Shown here: positions 19,642 to 30,451 of the stretch, in pieces
Layout of the letters: each line of letters starts with the position of its first letter
Position numbering within the stretch: position 1 is the stretch's first letter
Origin: Verrucomicrobiaceae bacterium
GTDB taxonomy: Bacteria; Verrucomicrobiota; Verrucomicrobiia; Verrucomicrobiales; Akkermansiaceae
Assembly: GCA_051252135.1 (NCBI GenBank)
Contig: JBPOGH010000005.1
Location: 128,001 to 192,000, forward strand
Length of the DNA: 64,000 nt
Direction: 5' to 3'
The notes under the pieces: model-generated
What the model was told of the DNA's origin: nothing
What the model saw: only the letters and a program-made list of their open reading frames with translations
The model's database searches: none
Made by a program: the position numbers and the translations under genes

Positions 19642-20907
19642 ATGCTCGATATCAAACTGATCCGCGAAACTCCCGACCTCATCAAAGAACGCCTCGCCAC
19701 CCGGCAGGATGGCTCTGCCGAGATGATCGACGAGGTCCTCGCTTGTGATGAAACACGTCGCAAGGCCGAGACCGAAAAACAACAATTCCAGTCGCAACGG
19801 AAGCAGACCTCCAAGGAGATCGGCAAACTCCGCGCCAATGGAGAGGATTCCTCTGCCATCGAAAGCGAGGTCAAACAGATCGGCGATAAAATCAAGGCCC
19901 TCGACGAGGTCGGTTCCACCGCTGGTGACCGCCAACAGGAACTCCTCCTCACCATCCCCAACGTTCCGCACGAGACCGCACCAATCGGCGCGGATGAAGA
20001 CGCGAACCCCGTCCTCCGCGCCTGGGGCACCAAACCAGCCCTCCTCAAACCCCGCGATCACGTGGAGCTCGCCGAAATGCACGGCCTTATCAGTTTCGAG
20101 GATGCCGCCCGCCTCTCCGGCTCCGGCTTCGCCGTTTACCGAGGAAAAGGTGCCCGCCTCCAGCGCGCCCTCATCCAGTTCCTTCTCGACCTTCAAACCC
20201 GTGACCACGGATACGAGGAAGTCAACGTCCCCCACATCGTGCAACGTCATTGTATGGAAGGCACCGGCCAGCTTCCCAAGTTCGAGGACGACATGTATGG
20301 CACCGACGGTGGCGACTTCTTCCTCGCCCCCACCGCCGAGGTCCCCGTCACCAACCTTTACCGTGACCACCTTCTTGCCGAGGCCGACCTTCCCATCAAA
20401 ATGACCGCCCATACCCCCTGCTTCCGTCGCGAGGCAGGAAGCGCGGGACGCGATAACCGCGGCATCATCCGCATGCACCAGTTTGATAAGGTCGAGCTCG
20501 TCCAGATCGCCCACCCCGACCACTCACTCGCCCTCCTCGAGGAGCTCACCGGCCATGCCGAAGCCGTCCTTCAAAAACTCGGCCTGCACTACCAGGTCAT
20601 CGAGCTCTGCACCGGAGACATTGGATTCAGCGCCACCAAAACCTACGACCTCGAAGTATGGTCGCCCGGTCAGGACAAATTCCTCGAAGTTTCCAGCTGC
20701 TCGAACTTTGGCGACTACCAGGCCCGCCGCATGAAACTCCGCTTCAAGGACAGCGAAGGAAGCAACCGCTTCTGCCACACCCTCAACGGTTCCGGCACCG
20801 CTCTCCCGCGCCTCCTCGTCGCCGTTCTCGAGCAGTATCAAACCCCCGAAGGCGAGATCAAAATCCCCGAAGCCCTCGTCCCCTACTACGGCTCCGAAAC
20901 GCTCTAG
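19642..20907 (+). CDS. serS: Serine--tRNA ligase
   Basis: MLDIKLIR, GTGQLPKF, PTAEVP, FRREAGS, HQFDKVE, EVSSCSN, TLNGSG. Confidence 0.97.
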   Translation: MLDIKLIRETPDLIKERLATRQDGSAEMIDEVLACDETRRKAETEKQQFQSQRKQTSKEIGKLRANGEDSSAIESEVKQIGDKIKALDEVGSTAGDRQQELLLTIPNVPHETAPIGADEDANPVLRAWGTKPALLKPRDHVELAEMHGLISFEDAARLSGSGFAVYRGKGARLQRALIQFLLDLQTRDHGYEEVNVPHIVQRHCMEGTGQLPKFEDDMYGTDGGDFFLAPTAEVPVTNLYRDHLLAEADLPIKMTAHTPCFRREAGSAGRDNRGIIRMHQFDKVELVQIAHPDHSLALLEELTGHAEAVLQKLGLHYQVIELCTGDIGFSATKTYDLEVWSPGQDKFLEVSSCSNFGDYQARRMKLRFKDSEGSNRFCHTLNGSGTALPRLLVAVLEQYQTPEGEIKIPEALVPYYGSETL

Positions 20908-20928
20908 TCCAAAAAGACCAAGAGCGGC

Positions 20929-23900
20929 CTACACCGTCAACCAGGGATTGAGCTCGCGCTCCAAAGCCGGGTTCATCGTCACCCCCACGCCTTCGGGAAG
21001 CTCCATCGTCGCCCGATTTCCCGCGCCACTCTGGAAGTGAATCTGCACCGGCACCTTGCCGGGATACTCCTCGAGAATCCCCTTGATCCGTTGCAAGTCT
21101 TCCGACCCGTGACGCCCCGTCCAGAGCGTCAGCTCAAGGATTCCGCCGGTTTTCTTCCGCCGCGCCTTCAGCTCCTTGATCTGTGATCCCATGAGCCTCC
21201 GCTGCTCGGTCCGGTCATCGACCGTCACCTGCGCCTGAAAACGGATCACCTGCCCCGCCGCCATCAACCCGGCATCTCGCGCGGGCATATAACTCTCGCT
21301 CCAGCACACCATCTCGGAGGAACCGGTAAAGTCCTCAATCACCACCACCCCAAAGGGCTTCCCTGCCTTCGTCATCTTGTGCTCCACACTGCGAACCATT
21401 CCCGCAAACGGAAAGCGCGCCCGCTTGTCCCTCCCGATATCAATCTCATCCAATAGTCCCAATCGATTGAATCGATCGGAATCCACCACCCCCCGGAACT
21501 TGTCCAACGGATGCCCCGTGACATAGAATCCAAGCAACTCCTTCTCATGCTCAAGGCGCTCATCCTTGCTCCACTCCTCCACCTCCGGATGATCGGAATC
21601 TCCTCCCGCATCACCGCCACCCGCAAAGTCCATCGTGTCAAAAAGCGCTACCTGTCCCGCCGCCCGATCCCGCTGCGCACTACTCGCACTCGCCACCACT
21701 TGCTCCAGACGCGCCGTCATCCCCGCCCGCGTCTCTCCCGTCCAATCCATCGCACCCGCCTTCACCAGGTTCTCCAAAATCCGCTTGTTCACCACCTTGG
21801 AGTCCAGCCGATCACAAAAGTCGACCAACGAGTCAAAGGGCCCGTTCTTCTCCCGCTCCGCAATCGCCAGTGCCATCGCTCCCGCCCCCACATTCTTGAT
21901 CGCCGCCAAGCCATAGCGAATCCCCTTCGCCCCGCCGAGTATCTCCTCCGGTGCAAAGCGCAGCTTCGACTTGTTGATATCCGGCGGCAGCAACTCGATC
22001 TTCATCCGATGACACTCCGAAACAAACACCCCGATCTTATCGGTGTTGTTGATCTCGTTGGATAACAGCGCCGCCATAAACTCCACCGGATAGTTCGCCT
22101 TAAGATAGCCCGTCCAATAGGAAATGAAGCCGTAACAAGCCGAGTGCGATTTGTTAAATCCGTAGCCCGCAAAACCCGCAATTTTATCGAAAATCAGGTT
22201 CGCATTTCGCTCATCAATGTCATTCGTCTCAAACGCCCCCTTCACGAAAATCTGGCGCTGCTTGTCCATCTCCTCGGGCTTCTTCTTACCCATCGCACGA
22301 CGCAAAATATCCGCACCACCCAGCGTGTAACCCGCCAACATCTTGGCCGCATTCTGCACCTGCTCCTGGTAAATCATCACCCCGTAGGTATCACCGCAAA
22401 TCTCCTCCAAAAGCGGATGCTCATACTTCGGCTGCGACCGCCCCTCCTTCACCTCGATCATCTGGTCAATGTACTGCATCGCGCCCGGACGATAGAGCGC
22501 AAGCAGATCAATAATGTCCTCGATCCGGTTGATCCCGTACTTCCGGCACGTCTCCACCATCCCACCGGATTCCAGCTGAAACACCCCCATCGTATCACCC
22601 GCATTCAACATCTTGAAGGTCGGGGCATCCTCCATCGATATCTTATAAATATCAAAGTCCGGCTCAAAAGTGTGAATCTGATCCACCGCCTCCTGAATCA
22701 CCGTCATGTTCTTCAGACCCAAAAAGTCCATTTTCAGCAGGCCCACATCCGTGATCGCGCCCATGTCATACTGCGTCACCACTTCCCCCTCGTTGCCCCG
22801 CGTCAAAGGCACGTGCTCATCCAGATTCCGGTCCCCGATCACCACCCCCGCCGCATGCACCCCCACGTTCCGGGTCATCCCCTCCAGCTTCAGCGCGTAA
22901 TCCCAAAGCTCCTGGTAAGTCGATGACGACTCGATGATCTCCCGCAGCTCCGCCTTCTCCTTAAACTCCCCCGCCAACTTTACCCCCGGCTTCGCTTCAA
23001 TCATTTTCGCCAGCATGTCCGCCTCCCCATAACTCACCCCCATCACCCGGGCCACATCCCGAATCACCGACTTTGCCCCCATCGTGCCATACGTGATAAT
23101 GTGCGACACACAACGCTCACCATACTTCTTCCGCACGTAATCAATCACCTCCGGCCGACGCGTCTGGCAAAAGTCGATATCGACGTCGGGAGGACTCACC
23201 CGCTCCGGGTTCAGGAATCGCTCAAAAAGCAGCCCAAAGCGCATCGGACAAATATCCGTAATCCCCATCGTGTAAGCCACCAGCGACCCCGCCGCCGACC
23301 CACGACCCGGACCCACCGGAATCTTCTGATCCTTCGCCCAGTTAATAAAGTCCGCCGTGATCAGGAAGTAGGACGCAAACTTCAGCGAGGTGATCGTCTC
23401 GATCTCATAGTCCAACCGGTCATGCAGCACCTTGTCCGTCTTCGCCCGCTCCTCGCCATAACGCACCGCCAGCCCGTCATAGCAGACCTTTCGAAAATAC
23501 TCCTCGCGCGGTGACCCGTCCGGCGTCGGGAACTCGGGGTATTTTTCCGATGACGTCGGATCGAGCACAAACTCCACATTGCACCGCTCCGCAATCTCCA
23601 GCGTCGCATCGCACGACTCCGGATGACTTGCAAAAAGCCGCCGCATTTCCTCCGCCGTCTTAAAATAAACCTCCGGCGAATATCGCATCCGGTTCTCATC
23701 AATGATCAGACGCCCCGTCCCGATGCAGATCATCACATCGTGCGCCTCGTGGTCCTCCCGATTCAAAAAATGCACATCGTTCGCCGCCACCGTCTTCACC
23801 CCCATCCGCTCCGCAAATTCATACAGCACCTTCCGCACCTTCTCCTGTGGCTCCAACCCGTGATTGTGCACCTCAAAGTAAAAATTCTCCTTCCCAAAAA

Positions 23901-24402
23901 TCTCACAAATCTCCTCCGCCGCCTCGTAAGCCAAATCATTCTGATCCTTCAGAATCCACTCGTTCACCGGACCCGAAATACACCCCGACAAACAAATAAT
24001 CCCCTCCGCATGCTTCTTCAAAATCTCCCGATCCACCCGAGGCTTCCCGTAATACATCCCCTCCAGATGCCCCACCGAAACCAGCTTCTGCAAATTCACC
24101 CAACCCACATTGTTCTCCGCCAGCAACGTCATGTGCGTCGATCTCTTCCGCCCCGGAATCTCCTGCTTGTGCTCGATCGATTCCGGAGCCAGGTAAATTT
24201 CACAACCCAGAATCGGCTTCACCCCCGCCGCATGACAGTTCTTATAAAACTGGATCGTCCCATACAGATTCCCGTGATCCGTCATCGCCACCGCCGGCAT
24301 CCCCAGCTCCTTGGCCCGCTCCGCCACCGCCTTCGTCCGACACGCCCCGTCCAGGGTCGAAAATTCGGTGTGCAAATGAAGGTGAACAAAGGAGTCGGAC
24401 AT
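20929..24402 (-). CDS. dnaE: DNA polymerase III alpha subunit
   Basis: FVHLHLHTEFS PHP domain, GPGRGSAAGS, PDVDIDF, KMDFLGL, YGFNKSHS. Confidence 0.97.
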   Translation of the reverse strand: MSDSFVHLHLHTEFSTLDGACRTKAVAERAKELGMPAVAMTDHGNLYGTIQFYKNCHAAGVKPILGCEIYLAPESIEHKQEIPGRKRSTHMTLLAENNVGWVNLQKLVSVGHLEGMYYGKPRVDREILKKHAEGIICLSGCISGPVNEWILKDQNDLAYEAAEEICEIFGKENFYFEVHNHGLEPQEKVRKVLYEFAERMGVKTVAANDVHFLNREDHEAHDVMICIGTGRLIIDENRMRYSPEVYFKTAEEMRRLFASHPESCDATLEIAERCNVEFVLDPTSSEKYPEFPTPDGSPREEYFRKVCYDGLAVRYGEERAKTDKVLHDRLDYEIETITSLKFASYFLITADFINWAKDQKIPVGPGRGSAAGSLVAYTMGITDICPMRFGLLFERFLNPERVSPPDVDIDFCQTRRPEVIDYVRKKYGERCVSHIITYGTMGAKSVIRDVARVMGVSYGEADMLAKMIEAKPGVKLAGEFKEKAELREIIESSSTYQELWDYALKLEGMTRNVGVHAAGVVIGDRNLDEHVPLTRGNEGEVVTQYDMGAITDVGLLKMDFLGLKNMTVIQEAVDQIHTFEPDFDIYKISMEDAPTFKMLNAGDTMGVFQLESGGMVETCRKYGINRIEDIIDLLALYRPGAMQYIDQMIEVKEGRSQPKYEHPLLEEICGDTYGVMIYQEQVQNAAKMLAGYTLGGADILRRAMGKKKPEEMDKQRQIFVKGAFETNDIDERNANLIFDKIAGFAGYGFNKSHSACYGFISYWTGYLKANYPVEFMAALLSNEINNTDKIGVFVSECHRMKIELLPPDINKSKLRFAPEEILGGAKGIRYGLAAIKNVGAGAMALAIAEREKNGPFDSLVDFCDRLDSKVVNKRILENLVKAGAMDWTGETRAGMTARLEQVVASASSAQRDRAAGQVALFDTMDFAGGGDAGGDSDHPEVEEWSKDERLEHEKELLGFYVTGHPLDKFRGVVDSDRFNRLGLLDEIDIGRDKRARFPFAGMVRSVEHKMTKAGKPFGVVVIEDFTGSSEMVCWSESYMPARDAGLMAAGQVIRFQAQVTVDDRTEQRRLMGSQIKELKARRKKTGGILELTLWTGRHGSEDLQRIKGILEEYPGKVPVQIHFQSGAGNRATMELPEGVGVTMNPALERELNPWLTV

Positions 24403-24489
24403 CGCCCAACGATAGCCACCCTTCCCCGCAGGAGAAATCCCAAATCCCGGAACTTGTTGGCGACCTCAAACCTCTCTTAACCAACCTTT

Positions 24490-25527
24490 TTAAAGAAGTT
24501 CCGGCTGCTCCTCATCCGTCTCCAGCCGCACCCCCAGCCCCAAAAGCCGCACCGCCTTCCCCTCCCCCCGGTTCCACGCCAGCCTCAGCAGGTCCAAATA
24601 CACCTCCTCATCCATCTCCGATCCCGCCTTTTCCGCCGTCGTCCGTGTAAAATCATCAAACTTCAGCTTCACCACCCGCGATTTGATCTCCTGCTCCACT
24701 TTCTTCTCAACCGACCCCCTCACCTCCGCCAGCACCTCCCGCATCACATCCGCCAACCAATCAAAATCCGCAATGTTTTTGGAAAATGTCCGCTCTTTCG
24801 AAAGCGACTTCCGCGTCCGGTCCGTCGACACCGCCCGCTCATCAATCCCCCGACACCGGTCATAAAGCTCAATCCCCCATCGCCCCAACCGGTCCGCCAA
24901 GTCAAATTTCGAAAACTCCTGCAAATCCCCGCACGTCACAATCCCCATCTTCGTCAGCGTCTCCAGCCCCCGCTTCCCCACCCCGTGAATCTTCCCCACC
25001 CGCAGCCCCCTCATAAAAGAATCCACCTCCCCCGCCTTCACCTCCAGCTGCCCGTCCGGCTTGTTCCAGTCGCTCGCAATCTTCGCGATCATCTTGTTCG
25101 GCGCAATCCCCGCCGATGCCGTCAGCCCCGTCTCTTCAAAAATCCGACTCCGTATCTCCTGCGCCAAGGCCGCCCCCGACTCACTGCGATGCGACAAATC
25201 AAGATACGCCTCATCCAGCGATAGCGGCTCAATCAATTCCGTATAACGCGCAAAGATCGCCCGAATCTTCGCCGAGTCCGCCCGGTAAACATCGAACCTC
25301 ACCGGCGTCAGAATAATCTCCGGACACAGCTGCTTCGCCATAAAGACCGGCATCGCCGACCGACACCCAAACTTCCGCGCCTCATAATTCGCCGTCGTCA
25401 ACACCCCCCGCCCCGAACTCCCGCCCACTCCCACCGGCTTCCCCGCCAACGAAGGATCATCCCGCACTTCAATGGCCGCATAAAAGCAGTCCATATCAAT
25501 GTGCACCATCTTCCGCTCCCCTGACAT
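24490..25527 (-). CDS. dinB: DNA polymerase IV
   Basis: HIDMDCFYAA, YEARKFG, SLDEAYLD, KIASDWNKPDG, VRLLGL. Confidence 0.95.
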   Translation of the reverse strand: MSGERKMVHIDMDCFYAAIEVRDDPSLAGKPVGVGGSSGRGVLTTANYEARKFGCRSAMPVFMAKQLCPEIILTPVRFDVYRADSAKIRAIFARYTELIEPLSLDEAYLDLSHRSESGAALAQEIRSRIFEETGLTASAGIAPNKMIAKIASDWNKPDGQLEVKAGEVDSFMRGLRVGKIHGVGKRGLETLTKMGIVTCGDLQEFSKFDLADRLGRWGIELYDRCRGIDERAVSTDRTRKSLSKERTFSKNIADFDWLADVMREVLAEVRGSVEKKVEQEIKSRVVKLKFDDFTRTTAEKAGSEMDEEVYLDLLRLAWNRGEGKAVRLLGLGVRLETDEEQPELL

Positions 25528-25542
25528 CAGGGAAAGGCTACC

Positions 25543-27144
25543 CTAAACATCGAAGAAATCATCCCCGAATGCCCCGGACTTCTGCAGGTAGTAGTCGTAG
25601 TCACCCGCATACTTCTTCACCTCACCCCCTTCGATGTGCCAGGTGTGCTGGGCCAAGGAGCGAATGAAGTGCACATCGTGCGAAATAAACACCAGCGTTC
25701 CCTCGAACTGCTTCAACGCCGAGACCAAGGCCTCAATCGAAGTCAAATCCAGGTGCGTCGTCGGCTCGTCCATCAAGAGAAGGTTCGGTGGATCCACCAG
25801 GAACTTCACCAGCGACAAACGACTCTTCTCCCCTCCGGAAAGGACGCCCACTTTTTTCGCCACGTCCTCTTTCTTAAACAGGAAGGAGCCCAAAATCGCC
25901 CGCGCTTCATCATCGCGCATCCCGCCACCGGCATCGCAGACCTCTTTCAAGACCGTGTTGCCTTCATTCAAGGTCGCCGCCCGGTGCTGCGAGAAATAAC
26001 CGATCTTGGTCGTCGTCCCCACATTCCGCTTACCCGCATCGCCCTTCTCGGCGCCCGCGAGCATCTTCATCAGCGTCGATTTACCCGCTCCGTTGGGCCC
26101 CACCAACACGATGCGATCTCCCCGCTCAATATGGACATCCAGATTCTTGTAAATGACCTTGTCGCCATACGCCTTGTCGACGTTCTCAAGCGAGATCACC
26201 CGCTGGGTCGATCTCGGAGGCTGCGGAAAGTGAAAGTGGAAAAGCTTACGCTGCTTCCGCGGCTTCGGAAGCTTGTCCATCTTCTCAATCATCTTGATCC
26301 GGCTCTGCACCTGCGATGCCTTCGATCCCACCGACCGGAAGCGATCAATGAATGATTGAATCTTCGCAATCTCCTTCTTCTGGTTCTGGAAGGCACGCAT
26401 CTGCTGGTCATACTTCTCATCCTTCAGCTCCACATAACGGGAGTAATTCCCCTCATACGGCGTGAGCTGCTGCTGATCGATCTCATAGACCTTCTCAATC
26501 ACGCCATCCATGAACGAACGGTCGTGCGAAATAATCAAAAGCGCACCGGGATAGCTCTTCAGGTAACGCTGGAACCACATCAACGAGTTCAGGTCCAGGT
26601 GGTTCGTCGGCTCATCCAGCATCAGGAGATCAGGCTCCTCCACCAACAGTCGCGCCAAGTGCGCCCGCATGATCCAACCACCCGAAAAGACGTTTGCCGG
26701 ACGCTTGAAATCTTCCTGCGCATAGCCCAGTCCCGCCAAAATCTTCTTCGCCTTCGGCTCCATCTGGAACCCGTTGAGCTCTTCGTATCGGTCCTGCGCT
26801 TTCGCAAACTCCGGAGAATCCGTCGTCCCGTCACGCTCCGCCTCACGAAGGGTCGCCATCACCTTCTGAAGCTCATCCGAAATCCCCATCGCGATCTCCA
26901 AAATGGTCGCCTCCCCCGGATTGCCCGCTTCCTGCTCGAGGTAGCCAATCATGGCATACTCCTCCTTCATAATGGACCCGCCGTCCTTCTCCTCCTCACC
27001 CAGGATGATTTTGAAAATGGTCGACTTCCCCGCGCCGTTCGCGCCCACCAGCGCAACACGCTCTCCCCAGTTAATAATCATGTCAGCATCCTCAAAGAGG
27101 ACACGACCACCCATGGACTTGCGGAGTTTTTTGATGGTAAGCAT
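25543..27144 (-). CDS. ABC-F family ATPase
   Basis: Two NBDs (GANGAGKST/FSGGW/DEPTNHLD and GPNGAGKST/LSGGE/DEPTTHLD) with no TM segments. Confidence 0.92.
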   Translation of the reverse strand: MLTIKKLRKSMGGRVLFEDADMIINWGERVALVGANGAGKSTIFKIILGEEEKDGGSIMKEEYAMIGYLEQEAGNPGEATILEIAMGISDELQKVMATLREAERDGTTDSPEFAKAQDRYEELNGFQMEPKAKKILAGLGYAQEDFKRPANVFSGGWIMRAHLARLLVEEPDLLMLDEPTNHLDLNSLMWFQRYLKSYPGALLIISHDRSFMDGVIEKVYEIDQQQLTPYEGNYSRYVELKDEKYDQQMRAFQNQKKEIAKIQSFIDRFRSVGSKASQVQSRIKMIEKMDKLPKPRKQRKLFHFHFPQPPRSTQRVISLENVDKAYGDKVIYKNLDVHIERGDRIVLVGPNGAGKSTLMKMLAGAEKGDAGKRNVGTTTKIGYFSQHRAATLNEGNTVLKEVCDAGGGMRDDEARAILGSFLFKKEDVAKKVGVLSGGEKSRLSLVKFLVDPPNLLLMDEPTTHLDLTSIEALVSALKQFEGTLVFISHDVHFIRSLAQHTWHIEGGEVKKYAGDYDYYLQKSGAFGDDFFDV

Positions 27145-27279
27145 GGCTAAAAATGTGCGTTGGAGCGCGGGGATGTCAGCGCGACAGCCAAAAGAGTCAA
27201 GTACAGTCCGCTTCACATTCCTCCCTCCCGGAGCTTTCCCCATTGAAAATCCCCCCTCCATACAGTTCCCTTTCCTTCA

Positions 27280-28806
27280 ATGAAGCTCCTCTCGCTCTTC
27301 CTCCTCACCCCCCTCCTGGCCGCCGCCAAACCCAACATCGTCTTCATCCTCGCCGATGACCTCGGCATCAAGGACCTCTCCTGCGAAGGCTCCAGCTTCT
27401 ACGAAACCCCGCACATCGACAGCATCGCCACTTCCGGTATGCGCTTCACCAACGGCTACTCCGCCTGCCAGGTCTGCTCCCCCTCCCGCGCCGCCATCAT
27501 GTCCGGCCAATATCCCGCCCGCATCCAGATCACCGACTGGATCGGCGCCGCCACCGGCATGGACTGGAAGCGAAACGACCGCGTCCTTCCCACCGAATAC
27601 GTCCACAAAATGCCCACCGACATCACCACCGTCGCCGAAGCGCTCAAGGACGGCGGCTACCGCACTTTCTTCGCCGGAAAATGGCACATCGGCGGCGAGG
27701 GCTCCGCGCCCGAAGACCACGGCTTCGAGGTCAACAAAGGCGGACACCACCGCGGCTCCCCTCCCGGCGGCTTCTTCTCCCCCTACAACAACCCCGTCCT
27801 CACCGACGGCCCCGACGGCGAATCCCTCCCCATTCGCCTTGCGAACGAAACCGCCAGTTACATCACCCAAAAATCCGACAAACCCTTCTTCGCCTTCCTC
27901 TCCTTCTACTCCGTCCACGGCCCCATCCAGACCACCCCCGAACTTTGGGAAAAGTACCGTAAAAAAGCCACTGCCGCCGGACTCGTTAAGGAGCGCTTCA
28001 AGATCGACCGCACCATGGCCGTCCGCCAGGTCCAGGACTGCCCCATCTACGCCGGCATGATGGAATCCATGGATGACGCCGTCGGCATCGTCCTCGAAAC
28101 CCTCGAAAAGAAAGGCCTCGCCGACAACACCATCGTCATCTTCACCTCGGACAATGGCGGCGTCTCTTCCGGCGACGCCTTCGCCACCTCCTGCCTCCCC
28201 CTCCGCGGCGGAAAAGGACGCCAATGGGAAGGCGGCATCCGCCAACCCTACTACATCAACGCCCCCGGCATCACCAAGCCCGGATCAACCTCCGCCCAAT
28301 TCGCCACCGGCACCGACTTCTTCCCCACCCTCCTCGAGCTCGCCGGCCTCAAACAACTCCCCGAGCAACACATCGACGGTCGCTCCCTCGTCCCCGCCCT
28401 CAAAGGCCAATCATCCGACCGCGCCCTCTACTGGCACTACCCCCACTACGGAAACCAGGGCGGCGAACCCTCCAGCATCGTCCGCGAGGGCGACTACAAA
28501 CTCATCCGATACTACGAGGACGGCCGCGAGGAACTCTACAATCTCTCCAAAGACATCGGGGAACAAAAGGACCTCGCCAGCTACCACCCCGACCTCGTCA
28601 AAACCCTCTCCCAAAAACTCACCGCCCACCTCAACGAGGTCGGAGCCAAAATCCCCCAACCCGACCCCCGCTTCAACGAAGCCAAAAAACGCGCCCACCT
28701 CGAAAACCTCCACACCAAAGGAAAAGCGAAACTCGAAAAACAACACGCCAACTTCCTCGCCCCCGACTTCAAGCCCAACAAAACCTGGTGGGGCTCGATC
28801 GACTAA
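27280..28806 (+). CDS. Sulfatase (Cys-type, secreted)
   Basis: Signal peptide; PNIVFILADDLG, CSPSRAAIMSG, GKWH, FTSDNGG. Confidence 0.95.
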   Translation: MKLLSLFLLTPLLAAAKPNIVFILADDLGIKDLSCEGSSFYETPHIDSIATSGMRFTNGYSACQVCSPSRAAIMSGQYPARIQITDWIGAATGMDWKRNDRVLPTEYVHKMPTDITTVAEALKDGGYRTFFAGKWHIGGEGSAPEDHGFEVNKGGHHRGSPPGGFFSPYNNPVLTDGPDGESLPIRLANETASYITQKSDKPFFAFLSFYSVHGPIQTTPELWEKYRKKATAAGLVKERFKIDRTMAVRQVQDCPIYAGMMESMDDAVGIVLETLEKKGLADNTIVIFTSDNGGVSSGDAFATSCLPLRGGKGRQWEGGIRQPYYINAPGITKPGSTSAQFATGTDFFPTLLELAGLKQLPEQHIDGRSLVPALKGQSSDRALYWHYPHYGNQGGEPSSIVREGDYKLIRYYEDGREELYNLSKDIGEQKDLASYHPDLVKTLSQKLTAHLNEVGAKIPQPDPRFNEAKKRAHLENLHTKGKAKLEKQHANFLAPDFKPNKTWWGSID

Positions 28807-28808
28807 AG

Positions 28809-28833
28809 GCAGGGACCTTTCTCCGAAAGGTCC
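28809..28833 (+). repeat. REP-like palindrome between convergent genes
   Basis: GCAG-GGACCTTTC-TCC-GAAAGGTCC; TCC loop as in the RAYT-flanking REPs and no U tract. Confidence 0.45.
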
Positions 28834-28853
28834 GGCTGCTTCCACTTCACCCC

Positions 28854-29714
28854 TCACTTCCGGAACCGATACACCTTCGCCCCCTCGAAGGAATCCGGCA
28901 CCTCGCCCCCCATCGCCACCACCGTCGCGAGCCCATCGGCCAACCACGCTTCCCGCGCCTCCACCGCCACCACCCTCTTCGGTGGTGGACTCTCCCCCGT
29001 CTTCGGATCAATCAAATGATTCGCCGCTGACGTCGCACTCAGCCGCTCCCCGCTCCCGCTCGACACCGCCAGAGCCTGCTTGAGCACAATCGCTTCCCCC
29101 TCAACCTCCACTTCCCACGGCTGTTCCCCCACCACCCGATACTCCCCAAAGTTCACCAGCGCCGACGCCACCTTCCCCTCCAAAAACTCCGCCACCCGGT
29201 CCGTCGCCACCCCCTGCGCAATCCCGTTAAACGAAAGCGCCATCCCCTCCGGCAACTCGACCCCTTCGGTCAATTTTACCCGCGAAAAATCCACCAGCGC
29301 CCGCCTCCGCACAGCCTCTTCCTCATCCGGCTCCCGCCCCGCGCCATACTCCCCCTTCACCCACTCCAGATACAAGTGAATCGACGGATCAAAATCACCC
29401 CCGGTCGCTTCATAGAGAGCCGAAGCCTTCCCCAGCAACTCCACCATCGTCGCCGATGGCTCCAAAAGCCGCCCTTCCCGGTTCAGCCGCCTCAACTCCG
29501 ACCCCTCATCCCAAAGAGAAGCCGCCCGCTCCACTTCCTGCGCCAACCTGAATCCCTCATCACCCATCGCCATCGCCTCCTTCTCCCCCACCCCACGAAA
29601 CCGAATCGATACCGGAATCCCAAAACAAATCCCACGCCACATCACCTCCCGCTCCTCCTTCCCGCCACACGACGCCAGCCCACCCAGCATCCACAATGCC
29701 TGCCGCCGCTTCAT
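28854..29714 (-). CDS. apbE: FAD:protein FMN transferase (ApbE family)
   Basis: RR-containing lipoprotein-like leader (LASC); SELRRLNREG, GDFDPSI, NGIAQGVATD, HLIDPKTG, ADGLAT. Confidence 0.85.
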   Translation of the reverse strand: MKRRQALWMLGGLASCGGKEEREVMWRGICFGIPVSIRFRGVGEKEAMAMGDEGFRLAQEVERAASLWDEGSELRRLNREGRLLEPSATMVELLGKASALYEATGGDFDPSIHLYLEWVKGEYGAGREPDEEEAVRRRALVDFSRVKLTEGVELPEGMALSFNGIAQGVATDRVAEFLEGKVASALVNFGEYRVVGEQPWEVEVEGEAIVLKQALAVSSGSGERLSATSAANHLIDPKTGESPPPKRVVAVEAREAWLADGLATVVAMGGEVPDSFEGAKVYRFRK

Positions 29715-30451
29715 GACTTCCTCTTCGGGAAAAGCCGCAGCCCCATGATCGTCAGCACGATCACGCTCACCGCCGCCAGATCCGTCAGCACCCATCCCGG
29801 CCAACCAAAAAGCCGCCCCGAATGCGCATCAAGAATCACCCGCGACATCGGCATCCCCGACCGACTCCGCAACGCTTCACTCAACGACTCCTTCTCTTCC
29901 TCACTCAACTCCACAATCCCATCCGCCTTCAACTCCATCCCTGACTCTTCAAACGAAAGGTAATCATCCCCAAACGCCCACCACCTTCCATCCACCCTCA
30001 CCTGCAACAATCCATCCACCTCACCCACCGCCAACACCGGCACCCCGGGAAGCGACAGCTCATCCAAATCAATGATCATCTCACCCGCCCCATCAAAAAC
30101 CCCCACCCGCTCCGGCGTTGCGATCACCAAATGATTCCGCACCCCCACCGCGCCCACCAACTCACCCGGCAGCTCAACAATCTCCCCATCCACAAAGATC
30201 ATCCCATCCCACTCCGATACCATCCGGTCACCCACTTCCAATCCCACCGGTTCACCCTCCGGCATCTGGTGATAACGCTTCAACACCCATCCCGCCGTCA
30301 CTTCCTGATCATGAAAGCCCAGCCGCTCCGCATGATTCAACAATAGCCCGCTCACCGATAACCACAGCAGCGGAAAGGCCGCCAGCACGCCCAGCCAGCG
30401 ATGCCACTGTCGCGCCACCCGACGCCGCCGTTTCGGAGAAGAATCACTCAT
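29711..30451 (-). CDS. PepSY-associated TM-helix protein
   Basis: WHRWLG...SGLLLNH and ILDAHSGRLFG histidine motifs; ATGA-coupled to apbE. Confidence 0.8.
   Translation of the reverse strand: MSDSSPKRRRRVARQWHRWLGVLAAFPLLWLSVSGLLLNHAERLGFHDQEVTAGWVLKRYHQMPEGEPVGLEVGDRMVSEWDGMIFVDGEIVELPGELVGAVGVRNHLVIATPERVGVFDGAGEMIIDLDELSLPGVPVLAVGEVDGLLQVRVDGRWWAFGDDYLSFEESGMELKADGIVELSEEEKESLSEALRSRSGMPMSRVILDAHSGRLFGWPGWVLTDLAAVSVIVLTIMGLRLFPKRKS

Noticed and set aside
19642..20907. serS as part of a selenocysteine locus
   Set aside because: SerRS charges tRNA-Sec but is universal, lies more than 22 kb from either candidate, and has no sel genes beside it.
20929..25527. dnaE next to dinB as an imuABC mutagenesis cassette
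   Set aside because: DnaE has housekeeping features (HLHLHTEFS, GFNKSHS), DinB retains catalytic DMDCFY/SLDEAY motifs unlike ImuB, and there is no imuA.
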